A stretch of DNA of 62,384 nt, filler included. It is 7 parts of 7 records of this genome, joined end to end, with 100 filler letters (N's around TTAATTAATTAA, not from the genome) between each part and the next. Parts side by side here need not be neighbours in the genome. Positions count along the whole stretch, not along the records: positions 32,972 to 43,424 come from SRR2962707_2642; positions 43,525 to 52,559 come from SRR2962707_2644; 5 more parts are not named here. One strand, 5' to 3'. Of the stretch, positions 38,857 through 48,398 are shown piece by piece. The first letter of the stretch is position 1. Each line of letters starts with the position of its first letter. A program made the translations under genes and the position numbers. The notes under the pieces are model-generated. The model saw nothing but the letters and a program-made list of their open reading frames with translations, made no database searches and was not told where the DNA came from.

Positions 38857-40029
38857 GTGGAAAAAGACGCACAATATTGGTCGGACTGGTTTTGGGGCAC
38901 GTTCGTTGCAGATTGGGTAGCGCGGGTTCAAGATGATCAAGGCGGTGTGTTTGACGGGTTGAATAGACTGGGACACCCTGACCTAAATGCGAACAAATCG
39001 CTTCTTGCGCAGGCGCGGACCTTGTTTACGCTGTCTCATGCCGCATTGGTTACAGGCGAACCAAACTTGGTCGCGGCGGCCCAAAGGCAAGTCAACTTCT
39101 TGGAACACTTCAAGAAAACACCGGGCCGTTATCGGTGCATCATTGCGCGGGACGGAAGTCGCACCGGAAGGCCGCAGGACGATTACGCCCACAGTTACGA
39201 TCAGACCTTCGTCATCCTTGGGCTTGTGACATGGAACAAGGTGTCGCCATCTGGTGAGGTCGACGCGTTGATCGGTGAATGCTGGAATGCACTTGAACTG
39301 CATCTAACCGACCCCGCCACAGGGCTGCTGCGCAACGATGACAGCGGTGCTGATACCGGACCGGCGCAAAACCCCCATATGCACTTGTATGAAGCCTGCC
39401 TTCAGGCCTTTCGCATGACGGATGACGCGATCTGGCTTGCGCGCGCCGCGAAACTACGCGCGATTGGACTACAGTATTTTATGGATACGCAAAGTGGTTC
39501 TATTACTGAGTTTTTAACATCCGACCTGCAACCGCTACCAGATGCCGCCGGACAACGGCGCGAGATTGGGCATCAGTGCGAATGGGCATGGCTGTTGTTC
39601 GAAGAGGCTGAGCTTTCCAACGACGCCAGTCTTCGCATCCCAGGAACCATGCTGATCGACTTTGCTGACAGGTATGGCTTTGCACAAGGCGGTGCCCTTC
39701 GGGGGGCAGCGTTTGATGCGGTATCAGCGGGCGGGGACGTTATTGAAAACAGCTTTCTTTTGTGGCCCCAGACCGAGGCCATTAAGATATTTGCGACCCG
39801 CCATAGGGCTGGCGAGGCGCGCGCCGGCGAGGATGCCCAAAGACTGCTATGCCTTGTGTTCGAGCGGTGGTTCGCTGACCACGCGTTCTTTATCAATCAA
39901 CTTGACGCGGCTGGGAACATCCTTTGGGATGAGGGGCTGACCCGGCTTATGTATCACCTTATCTTAGCGTTGAGCGAAGGGGGGAGAGCTGGACTGTGGT
40001 CTCCTGTCCCTAAGATTGTAGATTCTTAG
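38857..40029 (+). CDS. AGE family sugar epimerase/isomerase
   Basis: QAR, NPHMHLYE, GHQCEWAWLL, WPQTEAIK, YHL. Confidence 0.87.
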   Translation: MEKDAQYWSDWFWGTFVADWVARVQDDQGGVFDGLNRLGHPDLNANKSLLAQARTLFTLSHAALVTGEPNLVAAAQRQVNFLEHFKKTPGRYRCIIARDGSRTGRPQDDYAHSYDQTFVILGLVTWNKVSPSGEVDALIGECWNALELHLTDPATGLLRNDDSGADTGPAQNPHMHLYEACLQAFRMTDDAIWLARAAKLRAIGLQYFMDTQSGSITEFLTSDLQPLPDAAGQRREIGHQCEWAWLLFEEAELSNDASLRIPGTMLIDFADRYGFAQGGALRGAAFDAVSAGGDVIENSFLLWPQTEAIKIFATRHRAGEARAGEDAQRLLCLVFERWFADHAFFINQLDAAGNILWDEGLTRLMYHLILALSEGGRAGLWSPVPKIVDS

Positions 40030-40272
40030 AGCGCCCTCCGCAATTTTAGGGGCATTTCCGAAATTGCGGCTAGTGTATTTCGAAGAAATCCAGCGGTTTT
40101 AGATGAAGATGCAAGAAATTAAATGAATTGTTTTCAGTCTCTTAATGGACCGTGACAGTTCCACGTCTATTAAAACGCTACTAAAAACTTGCCGTATTTT
40201 CAAAACCTCCCCTATAACAAGTATACTAGTCTGCAAGATGCCGTGCAGCCGCCAACCGTCTGGGAGGACACC

Positions 40273-41265
40273 ATGTTTCATTTCACATCACTGAAGGCCG
40301 TTACCGTCGGCGCTATCGCTGCATCAGCGATTTTGGCGACGTCCGTTTCCGCACAAACCGACCTGCGCGGGGCAAGCATGTTTGACGAAGAACACGCCTA
40401 CACCAAAACCCTTCGCGAATTCGAACGGCTGGTCACAGAAAACTATGATGGTGATGTTTCGTTCGATATGAGCCTGAATGGCGAACTCGGCGACGAAAGC
40501 GATTTCGTGACGTTCTTGCAGCAAGGTGTTGCGATTGACTACGCAATCATGGCGCCATCCAACATGGCAACGTTTGCGCCGTCTATTCCGTTGATGGATA
40601 TGCCGTTTCTGTTCCGTGACCTTGATCACTGGAACGCGGCCCTTTCCGGTGACGTGATGGCCCCCCTTGAAGCCGAGCTTCTGGAAAAAGCCAACATCCG
40701 TGTCATCGGCTATGCAGGTGGCGGTGTGCGTAACCTTTTGTCAGCCGAACCGGTGACCAGCATGGCAGAGTTGAACGGCCACACCATGCGCGTCATGGGC
40801 GCCCCGATCCAAGCGCAAATCTTTTCGGCGATTTCTGCGGCCCCGTCCGCGATCGCGTATAACGAAGTCTACAACGCGATTCAGACAGGTGTCATCGAAG
40901 GGTTTGAAAATGAGGCGGCATCGATCCAGAACCTCAAGTTCTACGAAGTGGCACCTTACCTGACGTTGACCCGCCATGCGATCACGGTGCGCCCGCTGGT
41001 GATGTCTGAAAGCACGTTCTCTGCTTTGCCAGTTGATCTTCAGGCTGTCGTTCTTGATGCCGGCGCACAGGCCGGTGCATTCGGGCGCGAGTTGGAAAGC
41101 CGCCAAGACGGTGAGAAAATGCAAGAGATGATCGACGCTGGTCAGATCTTTGTGGCCGAATTTGAAGGCCGGGATCAATTGCTCGAATTGGTGATCCCGG
41201 TTCAGGATGAATACGCTGCCGAACTTGGCGCGACGGACCTTTTGGCCGCGATCCGCGCCCAATAA
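40273..41265 (+). CDS. TRAP substrate-binding protein (DctP)
   Basis: Signal peptide; PFLFRD; MRVM carboxylate-binding Arg; EVYNAIQTGVIEG.EN. Confidence 0.93.
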   Translation: MFHFTSLKAVTVGAIAASAILATSVSAQTDLRGASMFDEEHAYTKTLREFERLVTENYDGDVSFDMSLNGELGDESDFVTFLQQGVAIDYAIMAPSNMATFAPSIPLMDMPFLFRDLDHWNAALSGDVMAPLEAELLEKANIRVIGYAGGGVRNLLSAEPVTSMAELNGHTMRVMGAPIQAQIFSAISAAPSAIAYNEVYNAIQTGVIEGFENEAASIQNLKFYEVAPYLTLTRHAITVRPLVMSESTFSALPVDLQAVVLDAGAQAGAFGRELESRQDGEKMQEMIDAGQIFVAEFEGRDQLLELVIPVQDEYAAELGATDLLAAIRAQ

Positions 41266-41327
41266 ACGCATGTCGACAAACATGACGATCGGCGCCCGCA
41301 AATGGTGCCGATCGGTCTTTTAGGGGG

Positions 41328-41834
41328 ATGGGGCACATCATGGTCGGACGGATGCTAGAACAGCTTTGCAACGGGTTAAGGGTTTTGCTGGGCGCACTTA
41401 TTGCCGTTCTTGCCGTTCCGGTCGGAATGCAGGTTTTGGCCAGATACACTGGCATCATACCCGTCTATCTTTGGACCGAAGAGCTGGCCACGTTTATTTT
41501 TGTTTGGACCGTGATGATCGGTGCAATGGTTGCTGTATGGGACGGAACCCATTTTGATGTACGCGTTATCCCTGATGCCAAACGTCCTTTGCTGGTGTTG
41601 TTGCAAGACGGTTTTGTCCTCGTCATGATACTCGCTTTCGCGTTGATTTTTGCGTGGTACGGGATTGAGTATGCCGAATTCGGGTACATCCAAAATTCAG
41701 TCATGATGCGGGCAAACATGATGATCACCTATATTTCGGTCCCGATTGCGGGTGTGGTGTGGTTTTTGTTCGCTGGCTACCGGCTCTACGAGGCCGTTCT
41801 TGTCTATAAAAATCGGGCGGTACACGCAGCATGA
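41328..41834 (+). CDS. TRAP small permease (DctQ)
   Basis: QVLARY, WTEELA, THFDV. Confidence 0.9.
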   Translation: MGHIMVGRMLEQLCNGLRVLLGALIAVLAVPVGMQVLARYTGIIPVYLWTEELATFIFVWTVMIGAMVAVWDGTHFDVRVIPDAKRPLLVLLQDGFVLVMILAFALIFAWYGIEYAEFGYIQNSVMMRANMMITYISVPIAGVVWFLFAGYRLYEAVLVYKNRAVHAA

Positions 41835-43141
41835 TCATTTCAACTGGCCTTGCCTGCGCCATTCTGGTCGGCGGTTTCATATTTCTTGTGGCTATGCGCA
41901 TTCCAGTGGCCTTCGCGCTTGCGATTTCGACGGTGCCGGTCGTTGTGTTAGAGTTGCGCCTAACGCCATTCATTGTGCTGGACCGCATGTTCCAGTCCTA
42001 CAACTCGTTTATTTTGCTGGCCGTGCCATTCTTCTTGCTGGCCGCGAATTTGATGAACTCCGGTAAGGTTACGGAAAAGCTGATTGACCTCTCGCGGGTG
42101 CTGACAGGTTGGATGCCTGGCGGACTTGGCCATGTGAACGTCGCCGTGTCGATGTTGTTTGCAGGTATTTCCGGATCGTCCACTGCAGACGCCGCAGGGT
42201 GCGGCAAAATCCTGATCCCCGCGATGATCGACGAAGGGTACGACCGCCGCTTTGCTATCGCGATCACAGCTTGTTCATCTGTGATGGGCGTGATTATTCC
42301 GCCGTCTATCCTAATGATTGTCTGGGGCGGTGTCATGCAGACCTCTGTCGGGGCATTGTTTCTTGCAGGCGCTATTCCCGGGATCATGATTGGCCTTGCG
42401 CTGATGGCGACGGTCTACGGTTATGCGAAAGTTTACAACTATCCGATCATTGGGAAACCGACCCTATCCGAAATCTGGGCAGCGTTTAAGGGCGCGTTCC
42501 TTGCGATGCTCACGCCAATATTCGTGATTGGCGGGATTGTCGGCGGGATCGTGACGCCCACAGAAAGCGCAATTATTGCGGCAGGTTATTCTTTGATCTT
42601 GGGCATGTTTGTGTACCGGACAGTCACTGTCAAAGATTTGGGATACATTTTCTATGACACGGGGCGGTTTGCTTCAATTTCGTTGTTTGCCATTGGCTCT
42701 GCGTCCGCTTTTGGTTGGCTTTTAGCATTTTACCATGTGCCGCAATTGGTCGTGGATACTATGACAAGCCTTGAATTTGGCCAGTTTGGTACGGCTCTTG
42801 TGATTGCGGGTCTGTTTCTATTTTTCGGCCTCTTTATTGATGCGATCCCGACGATCATCATCCTCGGCACAGTTCTCTTACCTGTCGCGACAGCAGCGGA
42901 AATTCATCCGATTGTCTTCGCGATCATCGGCATCGTTTCGCTCGCCTTTGGTCTGGTGACGCCGCCTTATGGCCTCTGTTTGCTGATCTCGGCCTCGATT
43001 GGCGGCATGAACGTCGTGCAGGTTATGCGCGAGGTGTGCATTATCTTGCTGCCGATGCTTTTGATCCTGCTGCTGATCATCATCTTCCCCAATATCGCAC
43101 TGTGGTTGCCGCAGCTGTTGATGCCTGACACGTTTAACTGA
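41831..43141 (+). CDS. TRAP large permease (DctM)
   Basis: LAVPFF, GISGSSTAD, IIPPSI, TPPYG. Confidence 0.94.
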   Translation: MIISTGLACAILVGGFIFLVAMRIPVAFALAISTVPVVVLELRLTPFIVLDRMFQSYNSFILLAVPFFLLAANLMNSGKVTEKLIDLSRVLTGWMPGGLGHVNVAVSMLFAGISGSSTADAAGCGKILIPAMIDEGYDRRFAIAITACSSVMGVIIPPSILMIVWGGVMQTSVGALFLAGAIPGIMIGLALMATVYGYAKVYNYPIIGKPTLSEIWAAFKGAFLAMLTPIFVIGGIVGGIVTPTESAIIAAGYSLILGMFVYRTVTVKDLGYIFYDTGRFASISLFAIGSASAFGWLLAFYHVPQLVVDTMTSLEFGQFGTALVIAGLFLFFGLFIDAIPTIIILGTVLLPVATAAEIHPIVFAIIGIVSLAFGLVTPPYGLCLLISASIGGMNVVQVMREVCIILLPMLLILLLIIIFPNIALWLPQLLMPDTFN

Positions 43142-43149
43142 TTGGATGG

Positions 43150-43395
43150 ATGAGGTGGCACCGCCTTCTTGATTTCGGCAAAGTCACAGGCCACACCAAA
43201 AGCCCGATTGAACTGCCGCGTTGAGATTGGGTCGACCCGATTGCGACCCGGAAAGAGCCAGCCCGCTGGACGGGACTCGTGGCAGAGGGGCCTCGCGGTA
43301 ATCGTAACGCAGAAGATCAACCAGGCTTGGCGACAACATCACATGGCGGTCCTTGCCGCCCTTGCCCTGATCCACCCGGATGAGCATGCCGCTGC
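43150..43395 (-). pseudogene. Frameshifted, truncated tyrosine recombinase/integrase fragment
   Basis: IRVDQGKGGKDRHVMLSP in one frame; WLFPG...ISTRQFNRA...KAVPPH in another; breaks at the HxLR box. Confidence 0.8.
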
Positions 43396-43424
43396 TGTCG
43401 TCGTGTCTTGGACGCGCCCCTGGT

Positions 43425-43524
43425 NNNNNNNNNNNNNNNNNNNNNNNNNNNNNNNNNNNNNNNNNNNNTTAATTAATTAANNNNNNNNNNNNNNNNNNNN
43501 NNNNNNNNNNNNNNNNNNNNNNNN
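43425..43524. other. Artificial contig linker
   Basis: N44-TTAATTAATTAA-N44. Confidence 0.99.
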
Positions 43525-43529
43525 TCTTT

Positions 43530-43798
43530 GAGGGGGCTTGGGCGGTGGGGACGGTTCCACCGTAGTCACTCCGTCCCCACCAACCCCTCCTTGTCTCGTC
43601 GGGCTCCGGTGGAGCCCGACGAGACAAGGAGGCCCCGAAGGCTATGCCTGAGTGGCGAGGGCGGCTATGCCGCAAAATCGCTCCAGTGGAGCGATTTTAG
43701 GTTTGGGGGCCATGAGACTTCGAACCGGCGCACAGCGCAAAATCCCTCCGATAGAGGGATTTTAGGTAAGAACGCCACGAGACCTACGGTCGAGTGGC
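43530..43798. repeat. Array of palindromic REP/MITE-like units
   Basis: Stems 43544-54/43571-81, 43586-607/43611-632 (22 bp perfect), 43674-98, 43739-63. Confidence 0.8.
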
Positions 43799-43834
43799 TG
43801 CTCGAATGGCATGCACCGGCGGAGCCTTACCCCC

Positions 43835-44671
43835 CTACCCCATCACCACTTCCCACAACATGTTCAGCCCCACTGCCACCAGGAACAGGGCAAACACATA
43901 TTTCAGCGTCTTCTGGTCCAGCCTATGCGCCAGCGCCGCGCCCCAGGGCGCGCAGATTGCGGCGAGCACGCCCACCAGCGCCAGCGCCAGCAAGTTGATA
44001 TAGCCGATGCTGAGCGGCGGCAGTCCGTCCACACCCCAGCCCGAGATCAGAAATCCGGCCGTGCCCGAAACGGCGATTGCCACGCCAATCGCCGCCGAGG
44101 TACCAACCGCCTTGTGCATGGTCTCCCCGAAGGCCACCAGGGTCGGCACGGTCAGCGAACCGCCGCCAATCCCCATCAGGGACGACACATAGCCCACCAC
44201 CAGCGCCGAAATGCGATGCGTGATGCTTGATCCCTTCAGATGCCCCATAAGCCTGGTCTGGAAGGCGAAAATGATATTGGCCGCGATGACGAAGGCCATG
44301 ACGGCAAACACGATGCGCAGCACATCACCTGAGTAGAGCCCCGCCATCAGCCCGCCGACAAAGGTGCCCAGAACAATGAACGGCGCCCAGAGCTTGAGCA
44401 CATCGAGATCGAGCGCCGCACGCTTGTGATGCGCCCGCGCGCTCATGATCCCGGTCGGAATGATGATGGCCAGCGAGGTACCGACAGCCACATGCTGCAC
44501 CACCTCTGCGTCATAACCCATCAGCAAGAGGGCATTGCTCAGCGCCGGGACAATCACCGCGCCGCCGCCAATGCCCAGCAATCCCGCGGCGATCCCCGAG
44601 ACAACCCCGGTCACCATCAGCCCCACGATGAAGGGCCAGTAGCCGGCCAAAACGCCCCAATCCATGTTCAT
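43835..44671 (-). CDS. TSUP (TauE/SafE) family transporter
   Basis: AGLLGIGGGAVIVP, AVGTS, MGIGGGS. Confidence 0.9.
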   Translation of the reverse strand: MNMDWGVLAGYWPFIVGLMVTGVVSGIAAGLLGIGGGAVIVPALSNALLLMGYDAEVVQHVAVGTSLAIIIPTGIMSARAHHKRAALDLDVLKLWAPFIVLGTFVGGLMAGLYSGDVLRIVFAVMAFVIAANIIFAFQTRLMGHLKGSSITHRISALVVGYVSSLMGIGGGSLTVPTLVAFGETMHKAVGTSAAIGVAIAVSGTAGFLISGWGVDGLPPLSIGYINLLALALVGVLAAICAPWGAALAHRLDQKTLKYVFALFLVAVGLNMLWEVVMG

Positions 44672-45087
44672 TCCCCAATGATATGGAACACCAGTTCGCG
44701 CCGATGCGGGCGCCGCCGGTGTTCGAATAGATAAAGCCCCTGCCAGGTCCCCAGCACCGGCCGCCCGCCGCTGACCGGAATGCCGATCGAGGTCTGGGTC
44801 AGTGCGGCCTTGATATGGGCGGGCATGTCGTCCGGGCCTTCGGTGGTGTGCACCAGCCAGTCCATGCCCTCGGGCACCAGTCGGCCGAAAAACCCCATCA
44901 TGTCGGTCTGAACATCAGGATCGGCATTTTCTTGAATCAGCAGCGAACACGATGTGTGCCGCACATAGGCCGTCACCAGCCCGGTCTCGATCCGGGCATA
45001 GGCGACAAAGCTTCGCAGGGTGCGGGTCACCTCAAAGAGCCCCTGCCCCTCCGTCTCGACAATGTGGCTATCGATGGCCTGCTGCAT
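44668..45087 (-). CDS. yjbQ: YjbQ (UPF0047) family protein
   Basis: HTSCSLLIQENADPDV, EGPDDMPAHIK, LGTWQG. Confidence 0.92.
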   Translation of the reverse strand: MQQAIDSHIVETEGQGLFEVTRTLRSFVAYARIETGLVTAYVRHTSCSLLIQENADPDVQTDMMGFFGRLVPEGMDWLVHTTEGPDDMPAHIKAALTQTSIGIPVSGGRPVLGTWQGLYLFEHRRRPHRRELVFHIIGE

Positions 45088-45213
45088 CCTCGTGGCCTAG
45101 CACGGGGGCATCCGGTCCGGAAGGCCGGCACCGGCTCGAACCGTCCAGCAGACCGTCCGCCATGCCGCATTGAGGCCGCAATGCACCTATCCCTCTGCGA
45201 TAACGTCCACGGC

Positions 45214-45238
45214 GGAACCCATGGCACAGCCCCGCGTT
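45214..45238 (+). promoter_or_regulatory. Sigma-EcfG (general stress) promoter
   Basis: GGAAC-N16-CGTT upstream of the OmpA-domain gene. Confidence 0.75.
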
Positions 45239-45356
45239 CTGGCCATTGCGGGGCCTGTCGAACACATCTGTGGTCAATCAGACCTGTTCATACAGCGTTC
45301 AGGTACGCCCCATGATGCTCGACAGGAAGTGTTTGAAACACAAAAGGATAAGAACA

Positions 45357-47591
45357 ATGCGCCTCAAAAACTGGCTCCTTGCCGGAACCAGCATCGGCCT
45401 TTTGGCCTTTGCGCCAATCTCGGCCCATGCCCAGGACGCCGAATTGCAGACGGCCTACCAGGCCTATATCGAAGCCCAGGCCTCTGGTGACGCTGCCGCC
45501 CTGGAAGCGGCGCAGACCGCCCTGACCGAGCTGTGCATCGTCGGCGGCTACGCAAGCCTGGAAGAGTGCATTGCCGCGATTGAAGCGGCCGGCGCACAGC
45601 CGGCCGCGGAAGAACCCGTTGTTGAAGAAGAAGCCCCCGCCGAAGAACCCGTCGCCGTGGAACCTGCCCCTGTTGAGGAGCCTGCGCCGGTAGAGGAGCC
45701 CGTTGCCGAAGAGCCTGCGCCCGAACAGCCGCCTGCCGAAGAACCTGCAGTTGAGGAGCCCGCAGCCGAAGAGCCGGTTGCCGAAGAACCGGCTGTCGAG
45801 GAACCTGTCGCTGAACAGCCTGCCGCCGAGGAATCGGCTGCTGAGCCCGCCCCGGCTCAGGAAGAGCCAGTGGTTGAAGAACCCGTCGCCGAAGAACCGA
45901 TGACGGAAGAAGCACCGGCCGAAGAAACCCCTGCCGTTGAAGAAGCGGCCCCGGCCCAGGGGCAGCCCGTTGAAGACCCCGCTGTTGAAGAAGAGGCCAG
46001 CATCGAAGCGCAGTTGAGCGCTCAGGTCGACGCCCACAATGCTGCTGTCGCCGATCTGGCGGCCGGCGCTGACGCCACTGAAGCGCAGTCCCGCATTGAT
46101 GCGGCCCTGGCCGAGATCACCGCGATCTGCGGCGTGCTGGGCTATGGCGATATCCAGGCTTGCCTCGCCGAGTTCGGCCTGGAGCTATCCCCGCTTCCCG
46201 AAGCCACCCCAACCGAAGAACAGCCTGCCGCCCCGGCCCCAGGCGACGAGCAGCCCGAACCCGTGGAAGAAACCACATCCGAGGGCGAGCCTGCCGAAAT
46301 GGTTGAAGAACTGCCCGAGGGCGTGACCCAGGATCAGATCGCTCCGGTGCTCGACAGCGCCAAGGATGAAGAAGCCGCTCCTTCGGAAAGCGCCCAGCCA
46401 GTTGAAGGTGAGGGCAATGCCGAGGCTGAAACCAATGCGGACGCCGAGGCAGAAGCACAGGCTGAAGCACCTGCCGAGGAACCAGCCGCTCCGGCCCCGG
46501 CCAACGACCAGGAAGCCGAGTCCGAAGAAACCCGCACCTTCTCCGCAGAACCCATCGCCGCAGTCACTGCAGACGAAGGCGAGGCTGTCACGGCCGAAGA
46601 AAATGCGACCGTCAACCAGACCGTGATCAACAACTATGTCACCAACATCACGACCAATGTGACCGGCGACAACAACACGGTCACCACAGGATCACAGCAG
46701 ACCCCGGTGACCCTTGTGGAATCGCCTGAGGTTCAGACCGGTGGTGGCGACGCCTTTGCCCAGTTGATCCTGCAGGTTGGCACCCAGCTCATCGTGAACT
46801 CGGTCGGTCTCGACACGGATCGCTTCTACGATCCCCAGGAAGACGAGATCTACTATGAGCGCCTGAGCAATAACCGCGTTCGCGAAGTGATCACACGTCC
46901 TGATGGCACCCAGATCATCACCGTGCGCAATCGCAATGGCGACATCCTGCGCCGCTCGCGCATCACCCCGGATGGCCGCGAATACGTGCTCGCCTACTTC
47001 GACGACAACTATTACGACGACCTTGAACGTTGGCGCGATCCGGCAGAAAACCTGCCCCCGCTTCGCCTCAACATTCCGGTGCGCGAATATGTGCTCGACT
47101 CCCGCTACGCCGACGAGGAAGAACTGGAAGTCTTCTTTAGCCAGCCGCCCGTCGAGCAGGTCGCCCGCCTCTATTCCATTGATGAGGTGAAGCGTTCGGC
47201 CCGCCTGCGTGACAGCGTCCGTCGTCTCGAAGTGGGTAATCTGACCTTCGATACCGGCGCCGCCACCATCGAGAGGAGCCAGGTGCAGGCATTGTCTGGT
47301 GTTGCCAATGCCATGCTCTCCTTGCTTGAGCGCAATCCGAACGAAACCTTCCTGATCGAGGGTCACACCGACGCCATCGGTTCGGATATCACCAATCTGC
47401 GCCTGTCGGACCTGAGGGCCGCTACCGTCGCCCGCGTGCTGACAGACTTCTATGGCGTGCCGCCCGAGAACCTGGCCACTCAGGGCTATGGCGAGCGCTA
47501 TCTCAAGATCCGCACCGAGGCGGCCGAACGTGAAAATCGTCGCGTCACCATCCGCCGGATCACGCCGCTGATCACCGTCGCCGCACGCTGA
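45357..47591 (+). CDS. Secreted OmpA-domain protein with a long acidic Glu/Pro/Ala linker
   Basis: Signal peptide (AHA-Q); EEP(A/V) repeats; C-terminal IEGHTD...N..LS..RA...ENRRV. Confidence 0.9.
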   Translation: MRLKNWLLAGTSIGLLAFAPISAHAQDAELQTAYQAYIEAQASGDAAALEAAQTALTELCIVGGYASLEECIAAIEAAGAQPAAEEPVVEEEAPAEEPVAVEPAPVEEPAPVEEPVAEEPAPEQPPAEEPAVEEPAAEEPVAEEPAVEEPVAEQPAAEESAAEPAPAQEEPVVEEPVAEEPMTEEAPAEETPAVEEAAPAQGQPVEDPAVEEEASIEAQLSAQVDAHNAAVADLAAGADATEAQSRIDAALAEITAICGVLGYGDIQACLAEFGLELSPLPEATPTEEQPAAPAPGDEQPEPVEETTSEGEPAEMVEELPEGVTQDQIAPVLDSAKDEEAAPSESAQPVEGEGNAEAETNADAEAEAQAEAPAEEPAAPAPANDQEAESEETRTFSAEPIAAVTADEGEAVTAEENATVNQTVINNYVTNITTNVTGDNNTVTTGSQQTPVTLVESPEVQTGGGDAFAQLILQVGTQLIVNSVGLDTDRFYDPQEDEIYYERLSNNRVREVITRPDGTQIITVRNRNGDILRRSRITPDGREYVLAYFDDNYYDDLERWRDPAENLPPLRLNIPVREYVLDSRYADEEELEVFFSQPPVEQVARLYSIDEVKRSARLRDSVRRLEVGNLTFDTGAATIERSQVQALSGVANAMLSLLERNPNETFLIEGHTDAIGSDITNLRLSDLRAATVARVLTDFYGVPPENLATQGYGERYLKIRTEAAERENRRVTIRRITPLITVAAR

Positions 47592-47613
47592 ATGTAGCGC
47601 CACAAACCACACT

Positions 47614-47646
47614 GAAAGGCCGGGCCTCGCGCCCGGCCTTTCTTTT
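47614..47646 (+). terminator. Intrinsic terminator
   Basis: GAAAGGCCGGGC-ctcgc-GCCCGGCCTTTC followed by TTTT. Confidence 0.8.
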
Positions 47647-47785
47647 GGTCCATCAGCCGATGACGAATTCTTGAAAAAGCCACAATGAGTCACGGCAGAC
47701 TCACGACCGAAGATATTCACAACCCATTGAATAAAAAGAGTTTAATTGCCAATTCCCGGCAAAGAACACCCTCTTCACAATCCTG

Positions 47786-47810
47786 GGAACTCTCCATTCG
47801 GGGCCGCGTT
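47786..47810 (+). promoter_or_regulatory. Sigma-EcfG (general stress) promoter
   Basis: GGAAC-N16-CGTT, about 30 nt before ATG 47840. Confidence 0.8.
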
Positions 47811-47839
47811 TATTAGCCAGCGTTGAAACATAGGAGCAA

Positions 47840-48244
47840 ATGATGGCTACCCCCGAACGCGATACTGTTTACACCCGTGACGGCAACCGTACCGTCTACA
47901 CCCGCGAGAGCAATGGTACCGGCTGGTTCGTCGGTATCATCGTTGCCCTGGCCCTGCTGGCCATTGGTTACCTCGTCTTCTCGGCCAATTCCGGTCCTTC
48001 GACAACCGTCGATGTGAATGGCGTTCCGGCCACTGAGGCTCCAATGAGCGACCCGGCCATGGCTCCGGCCCCGATGACCGAGGCCCCCGCCGTTGAAACC
48101 GCCCCGGCTCCGGCAACGGAAGCCCCAGCCGCGGAAACGGCCCCGATGACTGAGGCCGCTCCGGCTGCCGAGCCCGCCGCTCCGGCTGAAACGGCTCCGG
48201 CAACGGACGCTGAGGTCGCCCCCCCGGCCGAACCCGCCCAGTAA
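47840..48244 (+). CDS. Single-TM protein with Ala/Pro/Glu-rich tail
   Basis: AGGAG SD; TM WFVGIIVALALLAIGYLVF; repeated TVYTR and APMTEA. Confidence 0.8.
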   Translation: MMATPERDTVYTRDGNRTVYTRESNGTGWFVGIIVALALLAIGYLVFSANSGPSTTVDVNGVPATEAPMSDPAMAPAPMTEAPAVETAPAPATEAPAAETAPMTEAAPAAEPAAPAETAPATDAEVAPPAEPAQ

Positions 48245-48282
48245 CACCTGAACCGGACCTGGCCCCTCCCTCCAGGACCGCA

Positions 48283-48315
48283 AGAGACCCCGGCGCCCCA
48301 CCGGGGTCTTTCTTT
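48283..48315 (+). terminator. Intrinsic terminator
   Basis: AGACCCCGG-cgcccca-CCGGGGTCT followed by TTCTTT. Confidence 0.7.
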
Positions 48316-48398
48316 GTGCGCATTACATCTCGGCAAGAAAGCTTGCAGCCAGCGCGCAAGGTCCCCATTTAGGGCGCAACGCCAAAAAGGGAGCATCC

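Noticed and set aside
43530-43798. Possible CRISPR array
   Set aside because: Units are not identical, there are no regular unique spacers, and no cas genes are present.
45600-46000. Tandem DNA repeats (GCCGAAGAACC...)
   Set aside because: Explained by the in-frame EEP(A/V) protein repeats.
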